Both the position numbers and the translations under genes were made by a program. From Armatimonadota bacterium (GTDB taxonomy: Bacteria; Armatimonadota; UBA5829; DTLH01), in the NCBI GenBank assembly GCA_038207085.1, contig JBBRAE010000006.1:65818-129817 (forward strand): a stretch of 64,000 nucleotides of DNA, read 5' to 3'. Every line of letters starts with the position of its first letter. Position 1 is the first letter of the stretch. Of the stretch, positions 9,734 through 19,714 are shown in pieces. The notes beneath the pieces were generated by a model. The model saw only the letters and a list, made by a program, of their open reading frames with translations, was not told the DNA's origin and made no database searches.

Positions 9734-10204
9734 ATGAAGACACGTTTGATAAACCCGGTATGGATTACGGTCGTGGCAGTGTTCGCACTTGCGTTTGTGC
9801 TCGTCGGTTCGTCTCTTGTAGCTGCATCCAAGCCGATGGGTGATGGCACTCACTGTGCCAAGATGATGCAGGATGGTCCTATGGGCCACGGCTGCGCAGG
9901 TATGATCACAGGCAAGATCATCGCCGTCGGCAAAGACGGTTCGATCACTGTGAAGATCAAGCCAGCCGCGAACGCTCCCGAGGTCGTGAAGCAGAAGTTC
10001 GCAGCCGCCAAGGTCGGTGACGCGTTTCCTGCTGGTATCGGCGGAGGACCTTGCGCCGGTATGGGTCACAGTGGCAAGGACTGTGCCAAGTGCTGCGGAG
10101 CGGATTGTGCGAAGTGCTGCGGCGACAAGTGCGCAGACTGCAAGGGATGTGCCGCGAAGACTCCAAGCGCTGGTTGCACGATGGGAACCGGCTGCAGCCG
10201 ATAG
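9734..10204 (+). CDS. secreted Cys/Met/His-rich small protein (putative metal-binding)
   Basis: AAGGAG Shine-Dalgarno before the ATG and an N-terminal signal peptide (VWITVVAVFALAFVLVGSSLVAAS). Met/His motifs HCAKMMQDGPMGHGCAGM and GPCAGMGH are present. The C-terminus carries a tandem CAKCCG(A/D)(D/K)CA(D/K)C repeat. Confidence 0.6.
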   Translation: MKTRLINPVWITVVAVFALAFVLVGSSLVAASKPMGDGTHCAKMMQDGPMGHGCAGMITGKIIAVGKDGSITVKIKPAANAPEVVKQKFAAAKVGDAFPAGIGGGPCAGMGHSGKDCAKCCGADCAKCCGDKCADCKGCAAKTPSAGCTMGTGCSR

Positions 10205-10290
10205 CGTTCGGTTTGGGGCGGACGCATTGGTCCGTAGTTCTGTAGGCAAGGGCATCCGGGATGATACTCGGATGCCCCTATTTGTGTCTG

Positions 10291-10323
10291 GCCCGCTTTA
10301 TTCGTGAAGCGAATAAAGCTCTC
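10291..10323. repeat. partial copy (first hairpin only) of the 80-bp double-hairpin repeat; acts as a bidirectional terminator-like hairpin between convergent genes
   Basis: gctttattcg-tgaag-cgaataaagc forms a perfect 10-bp stem. The same sequence is present in the full copies at 11411, 13213 and 46960. Confidence 0.6.
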
Positions 10324-10324
10324 G

Positions 10325-11311
<987 letters not shown>

Positions 11312-11410
11312 GTATCTATCCGCCTTTCCTGATTAAGTCGAGTGCTTTAGTATAGATTATACCCGCATCGCACACCTGTGTCAACACACAATTTCTTGAT
11401 GATCCAGTTC

Positions 11411-11490
11411 CTAACCCGCATTATTCACGCTTCTCGTGAATAATGCTCTGTTAGCGAGAGCTTTATTCGCGTCACAAATAAAGCGGGTTA
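11411..11490. repeat. 80-bp double-hairpin REP/MITE-like element, inverted orientation
   Basis: Reverse complement of the 13213..13293 copy with a few substitutions. Contains both palindromes (cattattcacg/cgtgaataatg and gctttattcg/cgaataaagc). Confidence 0.65.
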
Positions 11491-11550
11491 AGAGATCATT
11501 GACTCTGTCGTGCATATATGTTATCCTGCCGACGTTAGTAATAGCGAGTC

Positions 11551-13074
11551 ATGCACAATACGGAGGAGCAAGTCGTGTCGATCAAAATTGCAATTGTCGG
11601 AGCCGGAGCCGTAGGCTTCACCCGTGGGATGGTTCGGGATATTCTCTGCGTTCCAGAACTTCGTGACAGCGAGTTTGTCTTTACTGATATCAATGAGCAT
11701 AATCTTGATATGGTATACCAGCTTATCAAGCGCGATATTGAAGCTGCTGGCTTTCCTACAAAAGTCTCCGCTACCACCAACCGCCGGGAAGCGCTCACCG
11801 ATGCCAACTACGTCTTTTCGTTCATCAGGCACGGCGGTCTTGAGGCGTTTGCGACAGACGTCGATATCCCCCTGAAATACGGTGTAGACCAGTGCGTGGG
11901 CGACACCCTCGGCCCGGGCGGCATAATGTACGCACAGAGACATATACCCGTTCTGCTCGAGTTCTGCAAGGATATGAGCGAGGTGTCAGCCCCGGGTGTG
12001 GTGTTTATGAACTACTCGAACCCGATGGCGATGAACACCTGGGCGTGCAACAAGTACGGCTACGACGTGAAGACGATCGGTCTCTGCCACGGGGTAGAGG
12101 GCGGACACGGGCAGATATCCCATGTGCTCGGGCTCCCCAAAGATGAGGTTGACATCATCTGCGCTGGGATCAACCACCAGACCTGGTACGTAAGCGTTAA
12201 GCACAAGGGCCAGGATATGACAGGGAAGCTTCTTGAGGCTTTTGAGAAAAACGAGGGGTACTCCAAGACCGAGAAGGTGCGCATCGATATGCTGCGGCGA
12301 TTCGGGTACTACTCGACCGAGTCGAACGGCCACCTCTCCGAGTATCTGCCCTGGTATCGCAAGCGCCCAAGTGAGATTATGGACTGGATCGACCTCTCCT
12401 CCTGGATCAATGGCGAGACCGGTGGGTATCTTCGGGTCTGCACGGAGGGACGCAACTGGTTCGAGCACGATTTCCCGAACTGGATGAAAGATGATCCCTT
12501 CACGTTTGAGCCCGAAAAGCGCGGACACGAGCACGGGAGCTATATCATCGAGAGCCTTGAGACCGGGCGCACATATCGAGGTCACTTCAACGTCGTCAAC
12601 AACGGCTGCATCACAAACCTGCCCGACGACGCGATCATCGAGACCCCGGCCTACGTCGATGGCAACGGCATAAGCGTGCCGATCGTAGGCGACCTGCCTA
12701 TGGGCTGCGCGGCGATCTGCAGCGCAAGCATTAGCGTCCAGCGAATGGCGATGGAAGCCGCCGTACACGGGGATGACACGCTGCTCAAGCAGGCAATGAT
12801 GATGGATCCCTTGACAGGCGCGGTCTGCAACCCGCCTGAGATCTGGCAGATGACCGACGAAATGCTCGTCGCAGGTGAAGAGTGGCTCCCGCAGTACGGG
12901 CGCGCGATCAGAGAGGCGAAGGCACGCCTTGCATCAGGCAACCTCATTCCCACCAGCGATTACAAAGGTGCGGCAAGGCTCCACACCAAGTCAGTTGATG
13001 AGATGGAGTCTGAGCGCGAAAAGATGAACCGGCTCGCACAGGCCTCAGAGAAGGCAGGGCTCGACAAAGACTGA
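11551..13074 (+). CDS. glycoside hydrolase family 4 (NAD+/Mn2+-dependent alpha-glucosidase/alpha-galactosidase-like)
   Basis: N-terminal Rossmann motif KIAIVGAGAVGF, conserved GLCHG cysteine motif and NYSNPMAMNTWA are GH4 hallmarks. Length is 507 aa. Confidence 0.85.
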   Translation: MHNTEEQVVSIKIAIVGAGAVGFTRGMVRDILCVPELRDSEFVFTDINEHNLDMVYQLIKRDIEAAGFPTKVSATTNRREALTDANYVFSFIRHGGLEAFATDVDIPLKYGVDQCVGDTLGPGGIMYAQRHIPVLLEFCKDMSEVSAPGVVFMNYSNPMAMNTWACNKYGYDVKTIGLCHGVEGGHGQISHVLGLPKDEVDIICAGINHQTWYVSVKHKGQDMTGKLLEAFEKNEGYSKTEKVRIDMLRRFGYYSTESNGHLSEYLPWYRKRPSEIMDWIDLSSWINGETGGYLRVCTEGRNWFEHDFPNWMKDDPFTFEPEKRGHEHGSYIIESLETGRTYRGHFNVVNNGCITNLPDDAIIETPAYVDGNGISVPIVGDLPMGCAAICSASISVQRMAMEAAVHGDDTLLKQAMMMDPLTGAVCNPPEIWQMTDEMLVAGEEWLPQYGRAIREAKARLASGNLIPTSDYKGAARLHTKSVDEMESEREKMNRLAQASEKAGLDKD

Positions 13075-13212
13075 GCCGTCTTCGTATTTTAGACTATATT
13101 ACTGGGCCGGGCGCATTGCTCGGCCCTTTTTGCGATTGGGTTGATCTTCAGGGAGGACGGTATATTACCGATATGAATACGGGGGAATTCCCCGCCTGCC
13201 AGCTTGCGTAGG

Positions 13213-13293
13213 TTAGCCCGCTTTATTCGTGAAGCGAATAAAGCTTTCGCTAACAGAGCATTATTCACGCTACTCGTGAATAATGCGGGTTAG
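13213..13293. repeat. 80-bp double-hairpin REP/MITE-like element, full copy
   Basis: Sequence is ttagcccgc-[gctttattcg tgaag cgaataaagc]-tttcgctaacagag-[cattattcacg ctact cgtgaataatg]-cgggttag. It has two perfect 10- to 11-bp stems and imperfect terminal inverted ends. Confidence 0.7.
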
Positions 13294-13324
13294 AGTGTCG
13301 GGTTGGGAAAGTGAGGATGTTTGG

Positions 13325-13978
13325 ATGTTATCGACTCTGAAGAACGGCCTGTGGGATGTTTTCCTCGCCTTTTTGCCGGTCGCATTTGCCTACGCGGCTG
13401 TTTGGTGCCACAACGAGTCCAAAAGGGAGAAGCTTATGCAGTTCCCTTTTGCGGTGTCGGTGATGCTGTGGCTCGCGTTCCTGCCAAACTCGTGCTATCT
13501 ATTGACCGAGTGGCGGCACTTTCTCTACTCGCTTGATTCCTCCAACATGTTCTTGCGGGCGGAGGCAGATAGCCGCTGGGTGATTGTCCTCACTTTTTAC
13601 GCAGCTATTTACTTTGTCTTCAGTGGGGTGGGGATGATCGCGTTCACCCTCGCGATCCGCCCGATCGCCCGCATCGCCCGGATCTATGTCCCAAACACAT
13701 GGATCGCGACTGTGCCGCTTTTCTTGATGCTTTCGGTCGGGGTTTACCTCGGGCTGGTGCTTCGCTACAACAGCTGGGAACTGGTCAGCCGCCCGGGGGC
13801 TGTCTGGGCCGACATCGTGAACGTCGGGTCGAGCCCCATGCTTGTCGCGATGATCCTCGCCTTTGGCGCGTTTCTCTTTCTCGCACACGTGGCGATGGAT
13901 ATTTGGATCGATGCGCTCGTAGCCCGGTGGAAGTGCAGAAACAAGGGGACGCTTGTGCGGACTCGGTGTGAGATTTGA
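13325..13978 (+). CDS. integral membrane protein, DUF1361-like
   Basis: Multi-TM hydrophobic ORF. Probable start is MLSTLKNGLW after a GTGAGGA Shine-Dalgarno, and the upstream part of the ORF lies inside the repeat. The DUF1361 call rests on recalled general features (WxxFLAFLP, LPNSCYLLTEW). Confidence 0.5.
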   Translation: MLSTLKNGLWDVFLAFLPVAFAYAAVWCHNESKREKLMQFPFAVSVMLWLAFLPNSCYLLTEWRHFLYSLDSSNMFLRAEADSRWVIVLTFYAAIYFVFSGVGMIAFTLAIRPIARIARIYVPNTWIATVPLFLMLSVGVYLGLVLRYNSWELVSRPGAVWADIVNVGSSPMLVAMILAFGAFLFLAHVAMDIWIDALVARWKCRNKGTLVRTRCEI

Positions 13979-13982
13979 GTGA

Positions 13983-14040
13983 GGGCGGACACACGGGTCC
14001 GCCCATATATGAAGAGAAGGCGGACACGTTGGTCCGCCCC
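13983..14040. repeat. two tandem GC-rich hairpins of the GGGCGGAC-N6-GTCCGCCC family; terminator-like, between convergent gene ends
   Basis: gggcggacacacgggtccgccc and ggcggacacgttggtccgcccc. The same motif recurs at 6303, 32997, 38863 and 57643. Confidence 0.55.
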
Positions 14041-14042
14041 TG

Positions 14043-16298
14043 CTATGCCTGTTGCTCTTCCTCCGGCTCATCGCCTTCCTGCTTGGCCTTAGAGTATTTT
14101 TCCTCATAGGTGCAGGTCTCAGAAAGACACTTGTAGCCTGTCAGCCTGCCCTTCCAGCGGCGTTCCATAAGGACGCTGTCGCACGTCGGGCACTTGCGGT
14201 CGGTCGGCTTGCCCCAGCTCACAAAATCGCAGGCGGGGTATTTGTTGCAGCCGTAGAAGATCTTGCGCTTCTTGCTCATTCGCTCGATCACGTCGCCCTC
14301 GCCGCACTTCGGGCACTTCGCGCCGACGGGCTTTTCGATCGGCTTGGTGAACTTGCACTCCGGATACCCGGAGCAGCCCTTGAACTCGCCCATACGGCCC
14401 TCGCGGATCAGGATCATTTTGCCGCACTCCGGGCATATCTCATCGGTTTCCTTGGGCTCCATAGCGGCGATCTTCGCGCGTTCGACCTTGATGATCGTTT
14501 TGCATTCAGGATACCCTGTGCAGCCAAGGAACGGACCGAAGCGGCCGCGTTTGACGGCCATTGGCTTGCCGCAGTTCGGGCACTCGCGCTCCGTGCCCTC
14601 GGGACCCCACTGGGCCTCCTCAAGCTTCTTCGCAAACGGCCCATAGAAGTCCCGCAGAAGCTTTTGCCACTCAAGTGTGCCGTTGGCGACGTTGTCGAGC
14701 TGGCCCTCGACTTTCGCGGTGAACTGCACGTCAAGGACCTTGGGGAAGTTCTCCACAAGGTAGTCCGTGACGGCAACCCCAAGCTCGGTCGGGCTGAACC
14801 GCTTTTGCTCGAGGAGCACGTAGTTGCGGTCCTGGATCGTCGAAATGATCGTCGCGTAGGTGCTCGGGCGGCCGATGCCTTTTTCTTCGAGCGCTTTCAC
14901 GAGCGTCGCTTCCGTAAAGCGTGGCGGCGGCTCGGTGAAGTGCTGATCGGGATGCAGTTCGAGAAGTTTCAGATCCTGGTCTTTTTTCAGCCTCGGAAGC
15001 GGCGGCTGCTCTTCGTCTTCGACCTCAACGGTGTCCTTGCCTTCGGTGTAGACGGCTTTGAAACCGGCGAACTTGATCGTCGAGCCGGTCGCCCGGAAAG
15101 TGAAGCGTCCCGCGGCGATGTCGATCGTCACCATATCGAAGATCGCAGGCGCCATCTGGCTTGCCACAAACCTCTGCCATATCAGCTTGTAAAGCCTGGC
15201 TTGGTCGCGGTTGAGATACTCAGCGACTTCGTCAGGATGGCGCAGGACTGAGGTCGGACGGATCGCTTCGTGTGCGTCCTGAGCCCCTTTGCGCTTGACC
15301 TGGCGGGCCTTCTCCGGGATAAACTCTTTGCCCCAGGTTTTGGTGATATACTCGCGGGCCTCGACCTGAGCCTCATCGGCGACGCGGGTCGAGTCGGTTC
15401 TCATATATGTAATAAGACCGATATGCCCTGCGTCACCAAATTCGACGCCTTCGTAGAGCTGCTGCGCGTTTAGCATAGCGCGCTTGGCGGTGAAACCGAG
15501 CTTGCGCGCGGCTTCCTGCTGAAGCGTGCTGGTGATAAACGGCGCGGCGGGGTTTCGCTTCTGCTGGCGCTCGGTGACCTTGGCGACCTGGTAATGTGCG
15601 CCTTCAAGCTCCCCTAGGATAGACTTGGCTTCCTCTTCGTTATGGACCTCGGCCTTTTCGCCTGCGATCTGGGAGAGCTTTGCGTCAAATGGTACAAGCT
15701 TCTCAAGCGGCGAAAGCTTTGCCGTAAGTGACCAGTACTCTACCGGCGTGAACGCCTGAATCTCTCGCTCGCGATCGCAGACGAGCCTCACCGCGACCGA
15801 CTGAACGCGTCCTGCGGAAAGGTTCCGTTTGACCTTCTGCCACAGAAGCGGCGAAAGTTTATAACCGACGAGCCTGTCGAGCACCCGTCGCGCCTGCTGT
15901 GCGTTGACGCGGTCGATATCCACTGTACGCGGCACTTCGAGCGCGTGGGTGACGGCCTGTTTGGTGATTTCGTTAAACTCAATGCGCTTCGGCGATTCGA
16001 GCTTGAGTGCCTGCTGCAGGTGCCAGGCGATCGCCTCTCCTTCGCGGTCAGGGTCTGACGCGAGGTAGACTTGATCAGCGTTCTTGGCGGCTGCTTTCAG
16101 GCGCTTCAATACATCTTTGCGCTCAGCTATAGCCTCATACTTGGGCGCGAAGTCGTTGTCGACGTCCACGCCGAGGTCCTTCTTGGGAAGGTCCCTCACG
16201 TGGCCCATCGACGCTTCGATCTCGTACTCCGGCCCAAGGAAGTTCTTGAGCGTTCGTGTTTTTGCCGGCGACTCAACTATGATGAGTGATTTCCCCAT
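14043..16298 (-). CDS. topA: DNA topoisomerase I
   Basis: N-terminal Toprim region LIIVESPAKTRTLKNFLG...EASMGHVRDLP. Length is 751 aa, with C-terminal zinc-ribbon repeats (CPNCGKPM, CPECGK, CPKCGEG, CPTCDS). Confidence 0.95.
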   Translation of the reverse strand: MGKSLIIVESPAKTRTLKNFLGPEYEIEASMGHVRDLPKKDLGVDVDNDFAPKYEAIAERKDVLKRLKAAAKNADQVYLASDPDREGEAIAWHLQQALKLESPKRIEFNEITKQAVTHALEVPRTVDIDRVNAQQARRVLDRLVGYKLSPLLWQKVKRNLSAGRVQSVAVRLVCDREREIQAFTPVEYWSLTAKLSPLEKLVPFDAKLSQIAGEKAEVHNEEEAKSILGELEGAHYQVAKVTERQQKRNPAAPFITSTLQQEAARKLGFTAKRAMLNAQQLYEGVEFGDAGHIGLITYMRTDSTRVADEAQVEAREYITKTWGKEFIPEKARQVKRKGAQDAHEAIRPTSVLRHPDEVAEYLNRDQARLYKLIWQRFVASQMAPAIFDMVTIDIAAGRFTFRATGSTIKFAGFKAVYTEGKDTVEVEDEEQPPLPRLKKDQDLKLLELHPDQHFTEPPPRFTEATLVKALEEKGIGRPSTYATIISTIQDRNYVLLEQKRFSPTELGVAVTDYLVENFPKVLDVQFTAKVEGQLDNVANGTLEWQKLLRDFYGPFAKKLEEAQWGPEGTERECPNCGKPMAVKRGRFGPFLGCTGYPECKTIIKVERAKIAAMEPKETDEICPECGKMILIREGRMGEFKGCSGYPECKFTKPIEKPVGAKCPKCGEGDVIERMSKKRKIFYGCNKYPACDFVSWGKPTDRKCPTCDSVLMERRWKGRLTGYKCLSETCTYEEKYSKAKQEGDEPEEEQQA

Positions 16299-16705
16299 CT
16301 TGTTACCTCTTATATTATTATGCTGCTCGACGGCGCTATCCGCGCCGTCCCTTAATGGTCTATCGTGGCGCGAGCGCCACCGGATCGGCAGCTTTCCCGC
16401 CCTCGGGCGCGCATTAGCGTCTGAGGTGATAATCGGCTCGCGGGATTGCTTGCTGAAGTAAGAACAGCCCGAGGGAGCGCTATTTGCGTTCTTGGCTGAC
16501 TTATTATACCAGATTTCGTGCTGGCCCTATATCGTATCATCAGCACAGTGCCCCGTCAAGCGGAGCACCATTTTACCATTACTACATTTGTCCCACACCG
16601 TGAACCGAGATTACCACGATATGCAGACGAGCTTGCCAGAGATTTGTGAGCCAGAATGGTAAACTGCTAATGTAAAACCAATTGGGGATAATTGAGGTAA
16701 CCAAA

Positions 16706-17722
16706 ATGAAATTTGTAGATCAGGTAAAACATGCGGGCAGAAGGCTGAACGCCCCGCTTATAGGGTTCCCGGGGATGCTTCTCAATGGAACCACCATTCG
16801 TGAGAACTTGAACAACTCCGGACTCCAGGCGCTTACTATCAAGACGCTGCACCATCGGTTTGATTTCGATATAGTCTTTCCGATGATGGACCTCACAGTT
16901 GAGAGCGAAGCGCTCGGCGGCAATATCGACTGGGACGCCGACGAGATGCCGACTATACGCGGAATATTCGTTTCAGACCTCGAGGGCGCTCACGCGCTCA
17001 AGGTTCCCGAGATCGGTGAAGACAACCGGCTGAATATCTACGTCGAGACCTGTGAGGCGCTGCGCAAGGCGTTCCCTGAGAAGACCGTCTGGGGCTATGT
17101 GCTTGGGCCGTTTTCGATCGCCGGGCGTTTGATGGGGATGACCGAGATTTCGATTGCTACAAAGCTTGAGCCTGAGGTCGTCCATGCGGTGCTTGAGAAG
17201 TCGAACGAACTTCTTCATAAGTATATAGATGCGCTCCTTGCGACGGGGATCGACGGGGTGATGATTCTTGAGCCCGCGTCGAGTCTGCTTCGGGCTACTG
17301 ACGCCGACGAGTTCTCCAACTCCTACGTGCAATCGCTCGTCGCGCAGATCAAGGAGGCGGGCAAAACGCCATCACTTCACAACTGCGGGAATATCGACCA
17401 CATGGTCGAGAACCTGTGCGCGACGGGGATCGAGGCTCTACACATCAACCACGTCGCAGACGTGCGCGGAGCCTACGACCGGATACCCTCGGACGTGGTA
17501 CTGATGGGCAACCTAGATCCGTCGTCGGTGCTCTTGCAGGGATCGCCTGAGGTCGTGAAGAACGAAGCATGCAAACTGAACGCTCTAATGACTGATTGTG
17601 ACCGGTTCGTGCTCTCGTCGGGCTGTGATGTCGCTCCCGGAACGAGCCTTGAGAACGTACAGGCGCTTCTGGATTCGCTTGAGGATTGTGCGGAAGACTG
17701 CCGGACATGTGTTAATGCTTAG
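16706..17722 (+). CDS. uroporphyrinogen decarboxylase (URO-D) family protein, MtaA/CmuA-like
   Basis: URO-D family features. Start is placed at MKFVDQ after a GAGGTAACC Shine-Dalgarno; the ORF track opens at 16682. Confidence 0.65.
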   Translation: MKFVDQVKHAGRRLNAPLIGFPGMLLNGTTIRENLNNSGLQALTIKTLHHRFDFDIVFPMMDLTVESEALGGNIDWDADEMPTIRGIFVSDLEGAHALKVPEIGEDNRLNIYVETCEALRKAFPEKTVWGYVLGPFSIAGRLMGMTEISIATKLEPEVVHAVLEKSNELLHKYIDALLATGIDGVMILEPASSLLRATDADEFSNSYVQSLVAQIKEAGKTPSLHNCGNIDHMVENLCATGIEALHINHVADVRGAYDRIPSDVVLMGNLDPSSVLLQGSPEVVKNEACKLNALMTDCDRFVLSSGCDVAPGTSLENVQALLDSLEDCAEDCRTCVNA

Positions 17723-17861
17723 CCGATAATATTAGACTTATATAGACAAAGTTATACAGGCGTTCGGGGCTTATTGTGGGCTTCGGGCGCCTGTTGTTCT
17801 TGCCTGACAAACAGGGCGCGGCATTTGGGGAGGCGACACGGAGATCGCCTCCCAACATAAC

Positions 17862-18572
17862 TTAGCACGGCTCAAAGAAATGCAGCGATGTGTCGACAGG
17901 GAGCTTTACCGGGACATCCTTGCGGTAGATGGCTTCGATGTCCGGGGTGCGGCGTCTTGCGAGATCGAGCAGGCTCTTTCTGGGTGTTCCGATGTGGATT
18001 ATTCGGCCCGGGAGAGGCTGCCCCTCGACGATTCGACCGACTGTGCGGTTGATCATCTCGGCGATTACGTCGAGGTAGTCGCAGGTCGACCACATGTCGG
18101 CGACGACCTTGGGGTGCTCCCAGGGGTGCTTCTTGAAGCTTGAGCGGATGATGTAGTGGTTCTCGTAGGCCTGGGTGTACACCTCGCCGATAAGCTTGGT
18201 CGTTGCATACCAGTTGATCGGGTGGGGCACGTCGCCGGGCTCGTAGCCGAGCCCGCCGGGCTCCTGGTCGCCGTCGAAGACGTAGTCGGTGCTCATATAG
18301 ATGAACGTCGCGCCGACCTCGCGCGCAGCGGCGACGATGTTCTTCGTGCCGGTCGCGTTTACCTCGTAGCAGCGCTTCCAATCGGTCTCTGCTTTGGCTA
18401 CGTTTGTATAAGCTGCGCAGTGAAAGATATACTCGGGACTCGCGTCTTTGACGGTTTTTATAAGCGTCGGCACGTCGAGGATATCCATGTCGTGCTCTTC
18501 GGGAGCGTAATATTCGCGGTGCTTTCGCAGCTCAGGTCCCAAGAGACCATGCCCGCCGGTTAGAAGGATCAA
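17862..18572 (-). CDS. NAD(P)-dependent sugar-nucleotide reductase, dTDP-4-dehydrorhamnose reductase (RmlD)-like
   Basis: N-terminal Rossmann ILLTGGHGLLG, catalytic YxxxK (YATTK) and a 236-aa size fit the RmlD substrate-binding-domain family. Confidence 0.6.
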   Translation of the reverse strand: MILLTGGHGLLGPELRKHREYYAPEEHDMDILDVPTLIKTVKDASPEYIFHCAAYTNVAKAETDWKRCYEVNATGTKNIVAAAREVGATFIYMSTDYVFDGDQEPGGLGYEPGDVPHPINWYATTKLIGEVYTQAYENHYIIRSSFKKHPWEHPKVVADMWSTCDYLDVIAEMINRTVGRIVEGQPLPGRIIHIGTPRKSLLDLARRRTPDIEAIYRKDVPVKLPVDTSLHFFEPC

Positions 18573-18629
18573 GTCAACACCTCGTTATTCTCTGTGGGCG
18601 CGAGGAATCTCGCGCCCGATCAAGACTTG

Positions 18630-19205
18630 TTACCAGTTGATTCCAAGCATCTCGAAATGGGCCTGGGGATGGGCGCATGCCACGCAGGCTTTGGGGGCCT
18701 CGACGCCGTCGTGGGTGTAACCGCAGTTGCGGCAGCGCCATGTGACGGGCTCGGTGCGGGCGAAAACGCGGCCAGCCTCGATGTTCGCAGCAAGGTCAGC
18801 GTAGCGTCTGCCGTGGAACTTCTCGGCGACGCTGATGTTGTCGAAAAGCTTCGCGATGCCGTCGAAACCCTCCTCGCGGGCTGTTGCGGCGAACGATGGG
18901 TAGATGGTGCCCCACTCGTGACCCTCACCCTCGGCGGCGGCCTTCAGGTTCTCAAGAGTTGTGCCGACAGTGCCTGCGGGGTAGCTCGCCGTGATCTCGA
19001 CATCGCCGCCGGGAAGTGCGCCGAAGAACTTCTTCGCGTGCTCCTTCTCCTGGTCAGCGGTCTCCTGGAATATCGCGGATATCTGCTCGTAGCCGTCTTT
19101 CTTCGCAGCGCTTGCGAAGTAGGTGTAGCGGTTTCGTGCCTGCGACTCGCCAGCGAAGGCGGTCAGCAGGTTTTTCTCGGTCTGGGTTCCTCTAAGTTCA
19201 GGCAT
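18630..19205 (-). CDS. rbr: rubrerythrin
   Basis: TEKNLLTAFAGESQARNRYTYFA and EKEHAKKF di-iron ferritin-like motifs, followed by a C-terminal rubredoxin-like CxxC...CxxC segment (CRNCGY...CVAC). Start is placed at MPELRG. Confidence 0.85.
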   Translation of the reverse strand: MPELRGTQTEKNLLTAFAGESQARNRYTYFASAAKKDGYEQISAIFQETADQEKEHAKKFFGALPGGDVEITASYPAGTVGTTLENLKAAAEGEGHEWGTIYPSFAATAREEGFDGIAKLFDNISVAEKFHGRRYADLAANIEAGRVFARTEPVTWRCRNCGYTHDGVEAPKACVACAHPQAHFEMLGINW

Positions 19206-19292
19206 TAATCTCTCCGTGTTGATATGATTGTGGGATCGTAGATCCCCGTCTGACGGTTGCGGCGCGGATTGCAAATCCGCCCGAACGATATT

Positions 19293-19709
19293 CTACTCCA
19301 AGCTATCGAGCGCTTTTAGTCCCGCATTTCGGGCGGCAGTCTCGATGTCGGCGAGGTTGTCGCCCTTGACGACGAAGACGGCGCGCTTGCCTCGCTCGAT
19401 GATGCAGCCGTAGGCGTCGGTTACGTTCAGGTTGGACGATTCAAGCGCCTTGGAAAACTTGAGGAGGCTCCCCGGGCGGTCATCGATCTCCACCATCGCG
19501 ACCTTATTGAACGCTACGGTCATGTTGGCCTCAGAGAGGATCGACTTTGCGCGGTCGGGCTCGGCAGTCAGGATCTTTACGACGCCGAACTGGCCCTCGT
19601 CCGCTAGGTCGAGCGCGAGGATGTCGATCCCCGCCTCTCCGAGAAGTTCCGCGATGTGCGAAAGCTTGCCGGGTTTGTTCTCAACGAAAACTCTGATCTC
19701 GTTATACAT
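19293..19709 (-). CDS. ACT domain-containing protein (PaaK-associated)
   Basis: 138-aa product MYNEIRVFVENKPGKLSHIAELLGEAGIDILALDL... with tandem ACT-like segments. Its start at 19707-19709 lies 6 bp downstream of the paaK stop (TGA at 19715-19717), giving a tight tandem arrangement. The long N-terminal extension given in the ORF track was rejected. Confidence 0.7.
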   Translation of the reverse strand: MYNEIRVFVENKPGKLSHIAELLGEAGIDILALDLADEGQFGVVKILTAEPDRAKSILSEANMTVAFNKVAMVEIDDRPGSLLKFSKALESSNLNVTDAYGCIIERGKRAVFVVKGDNLADIETAARNAGLKALDSLE

Positions 19710-19714
19710 TAGTG

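Noticed and set aside
16299-16681. 383-bp divergent spacer between topA and the URO-D gene, scanned for a riboswitch or sRNA.
   Set aside because: Some GC hairpins are present, but no recognisable cobalamin, SAM or other riboswitch core. It is left as an unannotated leader.
17700-17740. GCCGATAA (sigma-28 -10-like) at 17712 and CCCGATAT at 32783. Searched for FliA-dependent promoters.
   Set aside because: No properly spaced TAAA -35 element. No flagellin or other class III gene lies downstream in this window.
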